64,000 bases of DNA. Origin: Octopus vulgaris. Lineage: Eukaryota. Below, piece after piece: positions 1 through 12,531 of the stretch. Both the position numbers and the translations under genes were made by a program. The notes under the pieces are model-generated. The model searched no databases, was not told the DNA's origin, and was given only the letters and a program-made list of their open reading frames with translations. Position 1 is the first letter of the stretch. Every line of letters starts with the position of its first letter. The DNA is taken from assembly GCA_951406725.2 (NCBI GenBank), contig OX597821.1:6634001-6698000 (forward strand), written 5' to 3'.

Positions 1-570
1 TACAAACGACCAGGGATGTTCCACATGGAAGACTGGAAATGAACAACATTGTTTGTATGATGGTAATGTCCCTTTATTACAATCATGTGATGTCCAGACA
101 AGGGTACACATGCATGTGCATGTTCATGCATATACACACATACCTGCACACGCATGATGGGTTTCTTTCAGTTTCTTTCAACCAAACCCACTCACAAGGC
201 TTTGATCAGCCCTGGGCTATAGTAGAAGATAATTGCACAAGGTTCTGCCCAGAACCAAGACCACATCATTGGGAAGCAAGCCTCTTAATCACACAAATAG
301 TCACACCTGCACATATTACATATGCATAAATAAATACATACTGTCCAAACAGTTAAAGGTACATATGATATCTGTTTGTGTGCACATGTATGTATACGTT
401 TTTTTACTAGCTAGTAAACCTTATCCCTTATAAAGTCTCAGAGACCCTACTTAGGATTTCAACTTTCTGCAGAGTACTTAACCCTTTAGCATTCAGATTA
501 CTATGTCAAATATAATGCACACAATTAGCTTTTGTTTAATTAAAATAATCAGCTGTTTTTATTTGCATTT

Positions 571-973
571 CTCTTTTACTTGTTTTCAGTCATTTGACTG
601 CAACCATGCTGGAGCACCACCTTTAGTCGAGCAAATCGACCCCGGGACTTATTCTTTGTAAGCCCAGTATTTATTCTATTGGTCTCTTTTGCCGAACCGC
701 TAAGTGACGGGGACGTAAACACACCAGCATCAGTTGTCAAGCAATGTTTAGGGAATAAACACAGACACACAAACATATACGCGCACACTTATATATATAT
801 ACATATATACGACGGGCTTCTTTCAGTTTCCGACTACCAAATCCACTTACAAGGCTTTGGTCGGCCCGAGGCTATAGCAGAAGACACTTGCCCAAGATGC
901 CACACAGTGGGACTGAACCCGGAACCATGTGGTCGGTTAGCAAGCTACTTACCACACAGCCACTCCTGCGCCT
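571..973 (-). mobile_element. SINE family A (tRNA-derived head, internal (TA)/(TG) tract, (GTAAAAGA)n tail)
   Basis: Near-identical to copies at 7991-8411, 24017-24429 and 40264-40762; A/B-box-like gtggctgtgtgg...ggttcagtccc. Confidence 0.85.
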
Positions 974-1222
974 ATACGTATTTACATATTTAATTATTTT
1001 GCAGAATATGGAAAGGGAGTATTTGTGTAAATCACCGTTTGGTGAAAGTGGGGCACCAAGATACAATAGGATGAGAACCATCTGGATAGGATAGGTCATC
1101 TCTGTCCATACTGCAGTGTTTCTCAACCTTTTTACCATTGCGTAACCCTTAAAATAAATTTCATGTCCATTATTTACATTATTTACATTTGACAGATATT
1201 TGTCCTCGTCTTGTTTGTTGTT

Positions 1223-1268
1223 AACACAACATTTTGGCTGATATACCCTCCAGCCTTCATCAGGTGTC
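1223..1268 (-). ncRNA. Hammerhead motif, inverted partner of 1480-1525; GAAA mutated to AAAA
   Basis: Minus strand gacac-CTGATGA-a-ggctg-gagggtatat-cagcc-AAAA-tg-tt-gtgtt; perfect stem II; the changes fit CpG decay. Confidence 0.65.
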
Positions 1269-1400
1269 TTGGGGAAATTTCGAACCTGATTTCTCATTCC
1301 TAAGGTATTTTTCAATGTTGTTTATTGTTATTATTATTACTATTATTATTATCATCATCATCATCATCATCATCATCATTATTATTATTATTACTATTAC

Positions 1401-1434
<34 letters not shown>

Positions 1435-1479
1435 GAAAAATACCTTAGGAATGAGAACCCAGGTTAGAAATTTCCCCAG

Positions 1480-1525
1480 GACACCTGAAGAAGGCTGGAG
1501 GGAATATCAGTTGAAACGTTGTGTT
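1480..1525 (+). ncRNA. Minimal type I hammerhead ribozyme motif (PLE-type), core intact
   Basis: Stem I gacac/gtgtt, CTGAAGA (1485-1491), stem II ggctg/cagtt, GAAA (1513-1516), minimal palindromic stem III (ACGT), GUU cleavage triplet. Confidence 0.75.
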
Positions 1526-2484
1526 AACAACAATTGAGATGAGGACAAATATCTGTTAAATGTAAATAATGTACATAATTCCTCATCTCTTAAATATAGA
1601 ACTGAAATTACATGTCTCAAGGAACCCTTGCACAAAAAAAATTATATACTATATCTTTCTCATATTTTTTCATCATAGTTCACATGGTAAATATCGCACA
1701 CACACACACACACACACACTTGTATATGTATATATATGGTTATATTTTTTTGATAACATAATCGGTTAGATATGATGATGTCTATATTACAATATTACAA
1801 TAACCAATAATATGTTGTGCATGTATAGTAATATTACGGTCATGAAATTAGCATTAGCTCATCTCATACTTTCTTGCGGAAATCCTAGGAACCTTTTGTG
1901 GAACCCTAGGCTTCCAGGGAACCCCGGTTGAGAAACACTGCCATACTGCATATTCTAAAGGGACTGAACTCACTACAGCAAGCTAAGGCTAGCTCTCTGC
2001 TCAGTATTGATTTTATAGTGCAGTCATTACTTTATAATAAGAGAGGCCCTACAAGCCAGACAGTTTGCAAGTGAGCCAAAGGTGGTTATTTATAGTTGCT
2101 TTGTCTGGGTCATTTGGGAGTTGATTCTTAGTCACAGACACAATGCAGTATCCAGTCACTAGCTGTAAACTGTCCACTCTTTGACTATTTGTTTCATACC
2201 GATTTCATGATCATCATGATCATCATCATCATTATCATTGTCATCGTTGTCTTTGTCATCATCATCATCATTGTTTTAACGTCCACTTTTCCATGCTGAC
2301 ATGGATTGGGCAGAGGTGGAATTTTCTACAGCCAGATGCCCTTCCTGTATCCATTCCATAACCGATTTCCAAGCAAGGTAATATCTCCACCATGGCCAGA
2401 CATGTTTTTCGCAGCAGATTATGAAAACAAAGAATTCTGATTGTATTCTCTTACGACTGTCACATGATGTCAAGTCAAGGAGAG

Positions 2485-2530
<46 letters not shown>

Positions 2531-2586
2531 ATACGAGTACATAGGTGCAAAACAAGGTGGAGAAAAATAATATATCTATGTATATT

Positions 2587-2656
<70 letters not shown>

Positions 2657-2768
2657 CAGATGAATTAGATACCTAAGTTGAGGCACCAGGATTTAGTATG
2701 GTATTATCCATACAATTTCAAAATAATGTGATTAAAATCAAAATAAGCAACAAGGATATCCAGAGGTA

Positions 2769-2856
2769 ATGCAGTATGACCATTTCAAGCAACTCCATTT
2801 AATTGAACAATGCAATCACTACATCAATTTAAATGTAGAGCAATCCTCAGCTGCAT
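2769..2856 (-). ncRNA. Hammerhead-like motif with long stem II
   Basis: Minus strand atgcag-CTGAGGA-(hairpin ctc.acatttaaattga/tcaattaaatggag)-GAAA-tg-GTC-ata-ctgcat; base of stem II and stem I junction imperfect. Confidence 0.5.
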
Positions 2857-5800
2857 AAAGACATAGAATTAAATTAAATTAAAACAGATGGACACATTAG
2901 TATAATTTTACCTAAAACCTCCAAGAAGTTAAGCAGATAGACACAGAACATGCTGTCTTCACTTCAGCTTAGAATGATTGCATTGCTGCTTGAAACAATC
3001 ATACTGCATTACCTCTGGATATCCTTGTTGCTTATTTTGATTATATATATATATATATATATATATATAATCAAAAGTTTGCATCTTACCAAATCCACTC
3101 CCAAGGCTTTGGTCAATCTGGAACTTGAAACTGAACTTGATACCCTGTGGTTGGGAAGCAAATTTCTTACCACACAATCATATAAACTAATATTTGCATT
3201 ACATTTTTAAAAGATATGCATTTTTGTGGCATACTTTCATATAGCATGTGAAAACATACAAACACTCAATGATTTAAAAAGCAGCAGACTTAGCTTATCA
3301 GCTGAAAGATCAGAGATGTTAAATTTGGAGTACTGGCATTTGTGAGCCATTCAGTTTATTAAATAACACTCTACCTTTATTGGTACAATATGGTACCCAC
3401 ATTAGGGAAGGCTGTAAAAGGAAGAGTAGTTGTTCCTTCTGTCCTTCCTGGGATAGCACCTTTGGCAAATGCTTGTGACCTTTTAGCATCCCACACCAGG
3501 GATATGGTGAAGATGTTGGCAGCTGGACGTTAGATTACTGACAAGGCAAGGAGTCCTGGACCAACAGCTTGAAAATTATTGTAGTCAGACGGAAGATCTG
3601 TACTGTCAAACAACAGTTGGGTGTCAACCAGCAAGTAAGCTGCTACTGCAGGGCAGTTGCATCATTGACCATATTCATTGCACTTTTGTACACAACTTGG
3701 TATTTGGTATGGAGGCCCAGAGAGGCAGTCTGGTAAGGGGGAACTATGCCAACTGCCTTACTCACTGTCCAAAAGCATTTTGTGCAGAGAATTCTGAAAA
3801 AAACCGTCAACATCAAAATGACGGAAATGGACTTTATTGCTTCTTGGTGAGTGAACAGGAATGAATAGATATGGTGCGAAGGCAGCAAGCGGGCAGAACT
3901 GTTAGCATGCCAGGCAAAATGCTTTGTGGCATTTTGTCTGTCCTTAAGTTCTGAGTTCAAAATCTACTGAAGTTGACTTTGCCTTTCATCCTCTCGGGGT
4001 CAATAAAATAAGTACTAGTTGTGCACTGGGGTCGATATAATCAACTTTACCCTCCCCTGAAACTACTGGCTTTGTGCCAAAAATTTGAAGCCAATATAGT
4101 TATGCGTGTGTGTGTGTGGTGAAGATTGACTCTTGCTTGGATATCAATATATTTATCATCCAGTTTCATTTTATTATTGAAGTACCAATTCATTGTATAA
4201 CATTTCAAGTGACTGAGTACTCCACATACAGAGTCAACATGACACTATGTATGCCTTATCCAAGTTTTCCACACATTTCTCCTCTACATAAATTTTCTTA
4301 CATGACTTTGCTACATCTTTGGTTATGGGAAAGGAAGCTTACCCAGGTCACTGCAGAGTAAGATTGTGTCCCTGGGATCATGAAATAAGCCCTGTAAACA
4401 GTTGCTAGGTTATGTATGTGAAATCATTATTATTATAAATAACTGAAATCCTTATTTTACTGATTGCAGTCTTTGGACTGTAGCCAAGCTGGTGCACATG
4501 GTACCACCTCTCACTATATATATGTATATGTATTGATGGCAGCTTGTTCTTCTGATTAGAACCTTCTGGACTACTGTGTCTGCGGCATTGTTTGGGTAGG
4601 GGTAACTGACCGGTGGCCTTACAATATCAAGAATTCTCAGTGACTTCTGTTGTGAGCATGGTAGGTAGCATTCAAGAGAATGCTGAAAAGTTCATGGCTT
4701 TGGGTAAAAGAAAATGTAGGAAGATCAGTTAATTATGATTTTACTTAACGTATTCCCGTCTCAGATTCATTTATTGCAGTGGTCCTTTAGTTTTTCTAAA
4801 CCCTGTGAAAGAGCTCCAACCGGGCCTTAAAGCCAGGAACTTTTCAGCTCCCCTTTGTAGCTGTGGGGTGGCTGTCTGGGGAGATGACCTGGAAGAAAGC
4901 TAAATGTTTAATCTCATATTTCACATTCAGCACTTATATCCTAATGTAATGTCAGACAATAGTAGGATCAACAACCTGGAAAGTTGGGTCTCCAGTCAGG
5001 CCTTCTGTGATGCCCTTACAGCCAGTGACTTTTCAGCACCCCCTTGTAGATAGGGGATCACCTGATTGTAACATGTAATTGATTCTGTAGCTGTACTAAG
5101 GCCCATTGTTGGCACCGAGGGCAGTTTTGTTGAATGACTGGCCTATTTCTTGGATGTATCTAGTTAAATCTGTTGAATGTGTGTGCTATTTTTCTGGAAG
5201 TTTGTTGCTTTATTCTCAAATACCCAGCACACCCTCTGTATGTGTGTGTATATGTGTTTATGTGTGTGTGTGCATAAAACAGACACCCCTTCTATGCACT
5301 GTGTGTGTGTGTAAATTTGTGCCTCTGTTTATGGCTACTTGTGAGAGTTCATAGGTTTATGATTATGGCTATCAATCTGTGTTGTAGGTGTGTGTGTGTG
5401 TGTGTGTGCTTGTGTGTGAGTGTGTGTGCTTGTGTGTGCATGTGTGTGTGTATGCATGCGCATGTGTGTGTATAAATCAATACAACACCTACGACATACT
5501 ATAAAACATACTATAAACCACCATACAGCCAGTTGCTGAGTCACTATTGTAGATGAGGTCAAGAGTACATGTAACTCTTTCTGTCACTTTCTCTGTCTCA
5601 TTCTGACATCATCTCTCTCACATACACACAAAGACACTCTCTCACTCACACATACACACGCAGAGACCCTCATGCTTGTAACATTCAGTAAAACCCACCC
5701 AGAGCATGTACAAAAGAGGAAGAAAAGAAAGAAGAGATTATCCTATAGACCATAGCCCAGTATGTCTTAGAACCACTGGTTTGAGATTCACACTTGGCAC

Positions 5801-6844
5801 GGCATTTCTAACTGTAAACCCTTCTCTCATTATTTACTGTGATGTAAAAGATGAGAATGGAATGTTCAGCTCATGATCTTGCTTATAATGATCTCTGTGA
5901 TAATGATGCTGCAGTGAGGTAGGAAACAGTGCAAAGCAACAGAGTTGTGATGGTGTTAGGTATGTTTAACTGAAGGAGTCCTTATGAAAGACTTATTGCT
6001 ATTTTATTGGTATTCTTTTCTTATGCTTATAGAGATGAGAATCAAAATCAACTGTAACAGGTTTTGAACTCAGAAAATCAGAAAATAAACCCTTCTTTCA
6101 TATTTTACAGTGCTGTGTTTTCAGGAGACACTTGAATTCTTCTCTCTCTCTCTCTCTCTCCTCCTCCCCTCTCTCTTTATTTCTTTATTGCCCACAGGGG
6201 GCTAAACATAGAGGGTACAAGTCGATTACACCGGCCCCAGTGCATAACTGGTACTTATTTAATCGACCCCGAAAGGATGAAAGGCAAAGTCAACCTCGGC
6301 GGAGTTTGAACTCAGAATGTAACGGCAGACGAAATACTGCTAAGCAGTTCACCTTGCATGCTAATGTTTCTGCCAGCTCACTGCCCTCCCCCTCTCTCTC
6401 TCTATTTGCCAAGCTAATAGTCATCAGCAATTATGGACCTAAAAAAAAGAAGTTACCTTCTTGAGTCATACTGACTCATAAGGGTCGGTTTCATGGCGTA
6501 TAAGTTCCCCACCTGGATGGTCTGCTGGCCAGCTGCAGGATTACTTATTTTTGGACAGGAGTGGACAGGAGCAACATGAAATTAAGAGTTTTGCTCAAGA
6601 ACACAAAGCATCACCCGGTCCAGGAATCAAAACCACAACATTACAATCATGAGTCCAGCACCCTAACCACTAAGCCATAGACCTCCATACCAAAGTCTAA
6701 ATATTCATAAGTCTTTTTGGAAAAGATACAGTTGTGGTGCCTGTTGCTTCCTTCTTGCTTATTTATAGTTTACTCTACAAGTTTTCTAATCTTCCTAGCT
6801 TACTCTTAAGGCCTAGGGTTTATTTAACTGGCTCATGCTACACC

Positions 6845-7815
6845 AGATCAAGTGACAATCTTTAGCATCCTAAGTTAAGGCTGACATGGTTGACTGAACA
6901 AGTCAAGTGGTAGTACTAAACAATCAATGCTCTGAATGTTTTCTGTCAAGTGTTTTGTAGGCAATGAACATGTGATTAAGTTTAGAACCTTCTGTATGTT
7001 TCCTACTATATCCGTGCATCAGTGTCATGTGGCAGTATATTTTGCACCTAAAATGAAGGCTGACACAGTTGAATGAATATGTTTAGTTACAATCAAGACA
7101 CTCAAAATTTAATCTGTCTGGTGAGAGAGTAGACAGGAGCTGTTTATATGAAGTCCAGTGGCTAAAGTTTAGGTTGTTAGCAGTGTAGGTTCCTCATGTT
7201 AAGTGGCAGAATGAGTTTTGTGTGTGAATAGTTATTTGTGTATGTACATTGTTAAAGTTTGTTAAGTCTGGGTTTATGCTTTTGTATGAAAGTATTCTCT
7301 TTGTTTATCCGTGCTTCATCTGTGGTATTTGCTGAACCTATATAGAGGGAGAAGACCTGGAATTTGAGTGACTTATTTTTTTCACATATGTGTCCACGCA
7401 GTGGAATCTGTCTAGTACTGGGGTCTCATATTTGTTGTTGGTGAAAGGTCAGTCGTCTATTTCTTAGAGTGAGCTTTGACATTTTACATCCTTGACATTT
7501 GATAGTGTATATAAAATTCCTTGAAGAACATGTAAAGTGATCTTTTATGGTAAAAATCTGATGTCCTGATTTGAATTTGTATGTTGTGTCTTCAATAAGA
7601 TTGATACAAGTCCCACAATTGGGGCAGCCACACTTTTTGATTGTTGCAGAAAGTAATATAGTACTTGTGAGGAATTTTTGAGAGGCTTTGATTGTCTTTT
7701 ACTTTTAATTATTTTGTGTATTTCAAATACTTGTTTCATTCTTGAGTCTTGCTTTAGTAGTGGGATGTCTTAGTCAGCCTTAACTTAAGACGCTAAACAT
7801 TGTCACTTGATACTA
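6845..7815 (-). mobile_element. Penelope-like element 3' part (GIY-YIG endonuclease) with an inverted pseudo-LTR at its truncated 5' end
   Basis: Minus strand 7770-7260 reads IIKSKRQSKPLK...KCGCPNCGTC...FTCSSRNFIYTIKCQGC...RNR...HQQQI...KENTFIQKHKPRLN. 6847-6885 and 7773-7811 are an inverted repeat (atcaagtgacaat.tttagc.tc.taagttaaggctgac). Confidence 0.75.
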
Positions 7816-7990
7816 GTACATGGACGTAGCAGAGAACCTACGAAAATTTCTAAGACCAGTCATGTGACTGTCCTCTACCAATCAAATTCTATTCAAAACA
7901 TATACTAATTTGAGCCATGAACATCCTATAAAAATAGGGCAAACGTCAACACTAGTCAGAAGCAAGACAGCTGTGCAATCAGTCACATCT

Positions 7991-8411
7991 TTCTTTACTC
8001 TCTTTTACTCTTTTACTTGTTTCAGTCATTTGACTGCTGCCATGCTGGAGCACCGCCTTTAGTCAAGCAACTCGACCCCGGGACTTATTCTTTGTGTAAG
8101 CCCAGTACTTATTCTATCGGTCTCTTTTTGCCGAACCGCTAAGTGACAGGGACATAAACACACCAGCATCGGTTGTCAAGCAATGCTAGGGGGACAAACA
8201 CAGACACACAAACATACATATATTTATATATATATATACATATATACAACGGGCTTCTTTCAGTTTCCGTCTACCAAATCCACTCACAAGGCATTGGTCG
8301 GCCCGGGGCTATAGCAGAAGACACTTGCCCAAGATGCCACGCAGTGGGACTGAACCCGGAACCATGTGGTTGGTTAGCAAGCTACTTACCACACAGCCAC
8401 TCCTGCGCCTA
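7991..8411 (-). mobile_element. SINE family A
   Basis: Full-length copy. Confidence 0.85.
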
Positions 8412-8435
8412 TTTCTACTTTTAAAAAAATCAGTA

Positions 8436-8491
<56 letters not shown>

Positions 8492-8516
8492 CATATATAT
8501 ATATATAAATATATAT

Positions 8517-8889
8517 CAGGCATAGCTGTGTGGATAGAAGATTGCTTCCCAACCACAACCACATGGTTCTGGGTTCAGTCTTCTACAATAGCCTTGGGCC
8601 AACCAAAGTCTTGCGAGTGGATTTGGTGGACAGAAACTGAAGGAAGAGCATCGGAGATGTGTGTGTGTGTGTGTCTTTCAGTCTGTGGTTGTCTCCTACC
8701 ACCGCTTCGCAACTGGTGTTGGTTGTGTTTATGTCCCTGTAACTTAGCGGTTTGGAAAAAAAGAACTTATAGAATAAATACTAGGCTTTAAAAAGAAAGT
8801 CCTGGCGCTGATTTGTTTGACTAATACCCTTCAAGGCTGAGCCTCAGCATGGCCACTCAAATGACTGAAACAAGTAAAAGATAAAAGAT
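8517..8889 (+). mobile_element. SINE family A, diverged
   Basis: Head, body and tail recognisable; inverted relative to the 7991-8411 copy. Confidence 0.75.
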
Positions 8890-9088
8890 GCGCACACACG
8901 TTATATAGGTAGTTAGGGTAAATCCCAGCTTTTTCCTCTTTTTCCTGCTTATTCCATTATTACAATCCAATATATAGTTACAGTTGCTGTTGTATATTAT
9001 TTGTAATTTCTATTAGCAAATAAAACACATGTAATGTAGAATAAATAATAGCAAAAAATTTCCACTTTCCTATTTTGTAATGTTGTAA

Positions 9089-9654
9089 TTGGGTTGTTCG
9101 GAATGTTCGTGCCAATTTATAATAGCTTACCTTTCGACTTATTTTAGAACATGGTTGAGTCCATAAAATAGGATTTGACTATACCTCCATTTAAAGCACA
9201 GTTTAAGCTATCTTTTCATGGAAGAAGGTTTATGTTCTTATAACCTGTGTTAATTCTGTAACCCTTTAAAATGGAAGATAAGAAAGTTCAATTTTGGCAC
9301 TTGATGTTTTGGGAACCAGACAAAAATTGCTGCAGCTCGGCTGGGATGTGTTATCCTACCCTCCATATTCACCAGATATTGCTCCTTCGGATTTCCACTT
9401 ATTTAGGTCTCTGCAGGATAGACTTAATGGTAAAGATTTCAATTCCTTGGATGACGTAAAAAGATACCTTGATGAATTCTTTGCCATGAAACCACCTCAA
9501 TTCTGGGAATAGGGTATTTTCAAGTTAAAGGAAAGATAGAAACGCATTGTGCAACAAAATGGTTCATATTTGGTTGATTAAAAATTTAATGGCTAGTATT
9601 TATTGACCTTTTTCTTTCCTTTGAAAATCAGCACGAACTTTCCGGACAACCCAA
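9089..9654 (+). mobile_element. Internally deleted mariner (DD34D) transposon
   Basis: TIRs ttgggttgttcggaatgttcgtgc / gcacgaactttccggacaacccaa; N-terminal MEDKKVQFWHLM fused out of frame to TRQKLLQLGWDVLSYPPYSPDIAPSDFHLFRSLQ. Confidence 0.9.
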
Positions 9655-9922
9655 TGTATATACTTGCATGAATAGCCAACTGGTAATATATGTAAAGATA
9701 CTACAGCATTGGCATGCATTTCAAAAACTCACTGAATACAGATGGCTAGTTTTATTGATATGCTTTAGACAACTCACTGCTACATTCATATACACAAACA
9801 TACATACGGAACTATACCTACTGCTTATAGCAATGGACAACTGTGTTGTTTCTTTTCATTTTTTTTTAACAATGAAGGTCCCTTGATAAACATTAAGGCT
9901 GACACCCATTTTAATCCTCTCT

Positions 9923-9996
<74 letters not shown>

Positions 9997-10011
9997 TTAT
10001 ATAAAGGGTAC

Positions 10012-10341
10012 AGACCCCCTTCGGTCATGAATGACCATGGGATTGCACCTAGAAAGTTACCCTCCTAGACACAAGTCCGGGCAAGGTTGTTTATGGAAGG
10101 CCAGCAGTCGCCCATGCATACCAGCCTCCCCTCTCCACGCCACCAGTGTTATCCAAGGGAAAGACAACGGTCGATACAGCTTGGCACCTGTGACGTCGCA
10201 ACTCATTTCTACAGCTGAGTGAACTGGAGCAACGTGAAATAAAGTGCCTTGCTCATGAACACAACACGCAGCCCGGTCCGGGATTCGAGCTCACAACCTC
10301 ACGATCGTAAGCTCGACGCTCTAACCACTGAGCCATGCGCC
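10012..10341 (-). mobile_element. SINE family C (tRNA-like head); related copies at ~6450-6690(-), 14045-14295(-), 17310-17705(-), 28668-28920(+), 46700-47003(-)
   Basis: Head gcgcatggctcagtggttagagcg...gagctcgaatcccgg with A and B boxes; shared tgagcaaggcactttatttcac core. Confidence 0.85.
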
Positions 10342-12498
10342 ATATATATGTATGTATATTATCCCCCCCCCCCCCCCCCGTGTATTTAATTGCACTGGAT
10401 TTCAAGTAGGTTGCTTATCATTATAGTTTACTGTAACATCTGTTAAAGGGGAAGAAAGCATTTTTTCTCCCTGGAATCGGTTAATTGAAAAGTAGCTGAG
10501 TAATTAGAGATCATAAGACTTACTTAACTTTCTGACTAGAGCAATGTAAACATCTGTTAATCAATGATATAGATTTACTGCAGTAGGAGGTATCATAAGA
10601 CTGAAAGACTAAGTGGGATGGTGGAGTTTATAGCTGTTTTGTTTATATTGGTAAATGGTGGAGACGGGTGCTCTGTCAATATTTGCTTTTCTATTCTTTA
10701 GTTTAAAGATTATTTCATTCTATGCTTTTAAAGTTAGTATTACAGGTATGGAAATGTGTTAAGCTAACACTAACTTTGTACTGTGGATAACAACTGGATT
10801 GTTTCCTAATGAGTGTAGCATAGACGTCCGTTAGCTGGTATTGTACTAAATGATGAGGCTGGTGGTGGTGGTGGTGGTGGTGGTGGTGGTGGTGGTGGTG
10901 GTGATGGTGGTGGTGGTGGTTTTGGAGGTGATGATGATAGAATTTTCAGTGGTTGTGATGATGAGTGTTTCAGTTATTACATCAATGGAAACTACCTATT
11001 ATTATAGTCAAATGGCTGAATACTCCACAGAAACTTGTATCCATAAATGTAATCCTTAGCCTGAATCAACACAACACAAAGTGTGACAAGGCTATGTCTA
11101 TGTATGTGTTCATACATGCATGTGTGTGTGTTTGCATAACCATATATATATATATATGCATGTATGTATATATATATATATATTTACATATATGCATGTA
11201 TCTATATAAATGTAAAGGCAGTGCTCCAGTGTGGCTACAGTCAAATGACTGAAGCAAATAAAAGAATATATACATGCAGATATCTTCTCAGTGCTAACAT
11301 TGCTTAGTTGTTCAAACTGTCCTCTTTGTCATGTACCTAACATATAAACCCAGAAATTACAAACCTAACTCCTAACAGAGCACTCTGTTTATGCAAGCAA
11401 ACTGATATTGTAAATGAATTGAATTGATGCATTATCAGGGGAAAATGTAGAAAGAAAGCCATAATTTTAGAAACCAGACTGTGTGGGTTTGCTTTCAGCA
11501 ATAAACAGCAGAAACTTCTAAAATAGTCTTCCTTATTCTATATTGATTTGGACTTAAGGGTTCCTTCACTTTGTGTCAGCAATTATTTAAAATAGTCAAA
11601 GGTCAACATGTTAAGATTGACACCAGAAAGAGTTGTTAGTTTTCATGGGACTCATAGTAACACTAAAAGCCCTGTAGGTTCAAGGTTCATATCTGTTCTA
11701 TTCTGAAGAGGACAGCCTGGTATGCAGAGTAGAATTCCCTCAAGTATCATTCCTAGATCATTGAGGACTTAGGTATTAGTGGCAGAGAAAACTGTTGGGT
11801 ATGTATTTATAAGAGCTGCCTCCATACCAGTTTATAGGGGCATCTGGAAGGTGTTGATGTTTCTGTGCCATTATGCAGTTTGGTAGAGAGTTTTATGAAG
11901 ATACTCTAATACGTCTTTTATACCATAGTTTATCAAGGATGGGCTCTTTTGGAGATGTAATAGTAAATGAGCTGGTGGTTTTTCCAAGTGCTATCTGCCA
12001 TGACTAAGGATGTGTCTGTCCCCGCTCTATTGCATCAGCCCTTGCTGCAGGTGTAATGTGCAATAGGCATAAAGTTGGCAGTAGTAGACTTATGCTCTCT
12101 CAATGGCACTAGATAAAACATTTAGGCAAATAGTGAGTACTCATTGTGTTGGCATTTAGGTTAATAAATGTATGTATGAAGATGAGATCTCTAGATAAAT
12201 TCTCTGTCATTATAGAATAAATAAATAAAAATGCAGTGAGAAAGAAAGAATACCAGTCATTGACTTATAATATATACATTTTTGACAAATATAGGAGACA
12301 ACTTCTGATTAGTTTTAATTTTATGTTGACCTCATCAATGAATCATAGCCTTAACAGTAGTAATGAATAAGCCATGAATGACAAAATACATCAAATTGTG
12401 TAGTTTGTAATGATGTTTTTTCAGTTTGTCTTGAATGTTGTAACTTTTACCTGTTGTTTCTTTGTAAATATAATAACTTTTAATCAGTATGATTTATA

Positions 12499-12531
12499 AT
12501 TTTTCTTTTCTTTTCTTCTTTCCAGGTAAGC
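12499..12531 (+). promoter_or_regulatory. Candidate recursive splice site (juxtaposed 3' acceptor and 5' donor)
   Basis: ttttcttttcttttcttctttccAG|GTAAGc: ~23-nt pure pyrimidine tract, CAG at 12523-12525 and GTAAG at 12526-12530, in a TE-poor stretch and on the same strand as the downstream exon. Confidence 0.55.

Larger units (their letters stand above)
1114..1940. mobile_element. Non-autonomous hAT (Charlie-like) MITE
   Basis: Perfect 15-bp TIRs CAGTGTTTCTCAACC / GGTTGAGAAACACTG and perfect 8-bp TSD CCATACTG (1106-1113, 1941-1948). Confidence 0.9.
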
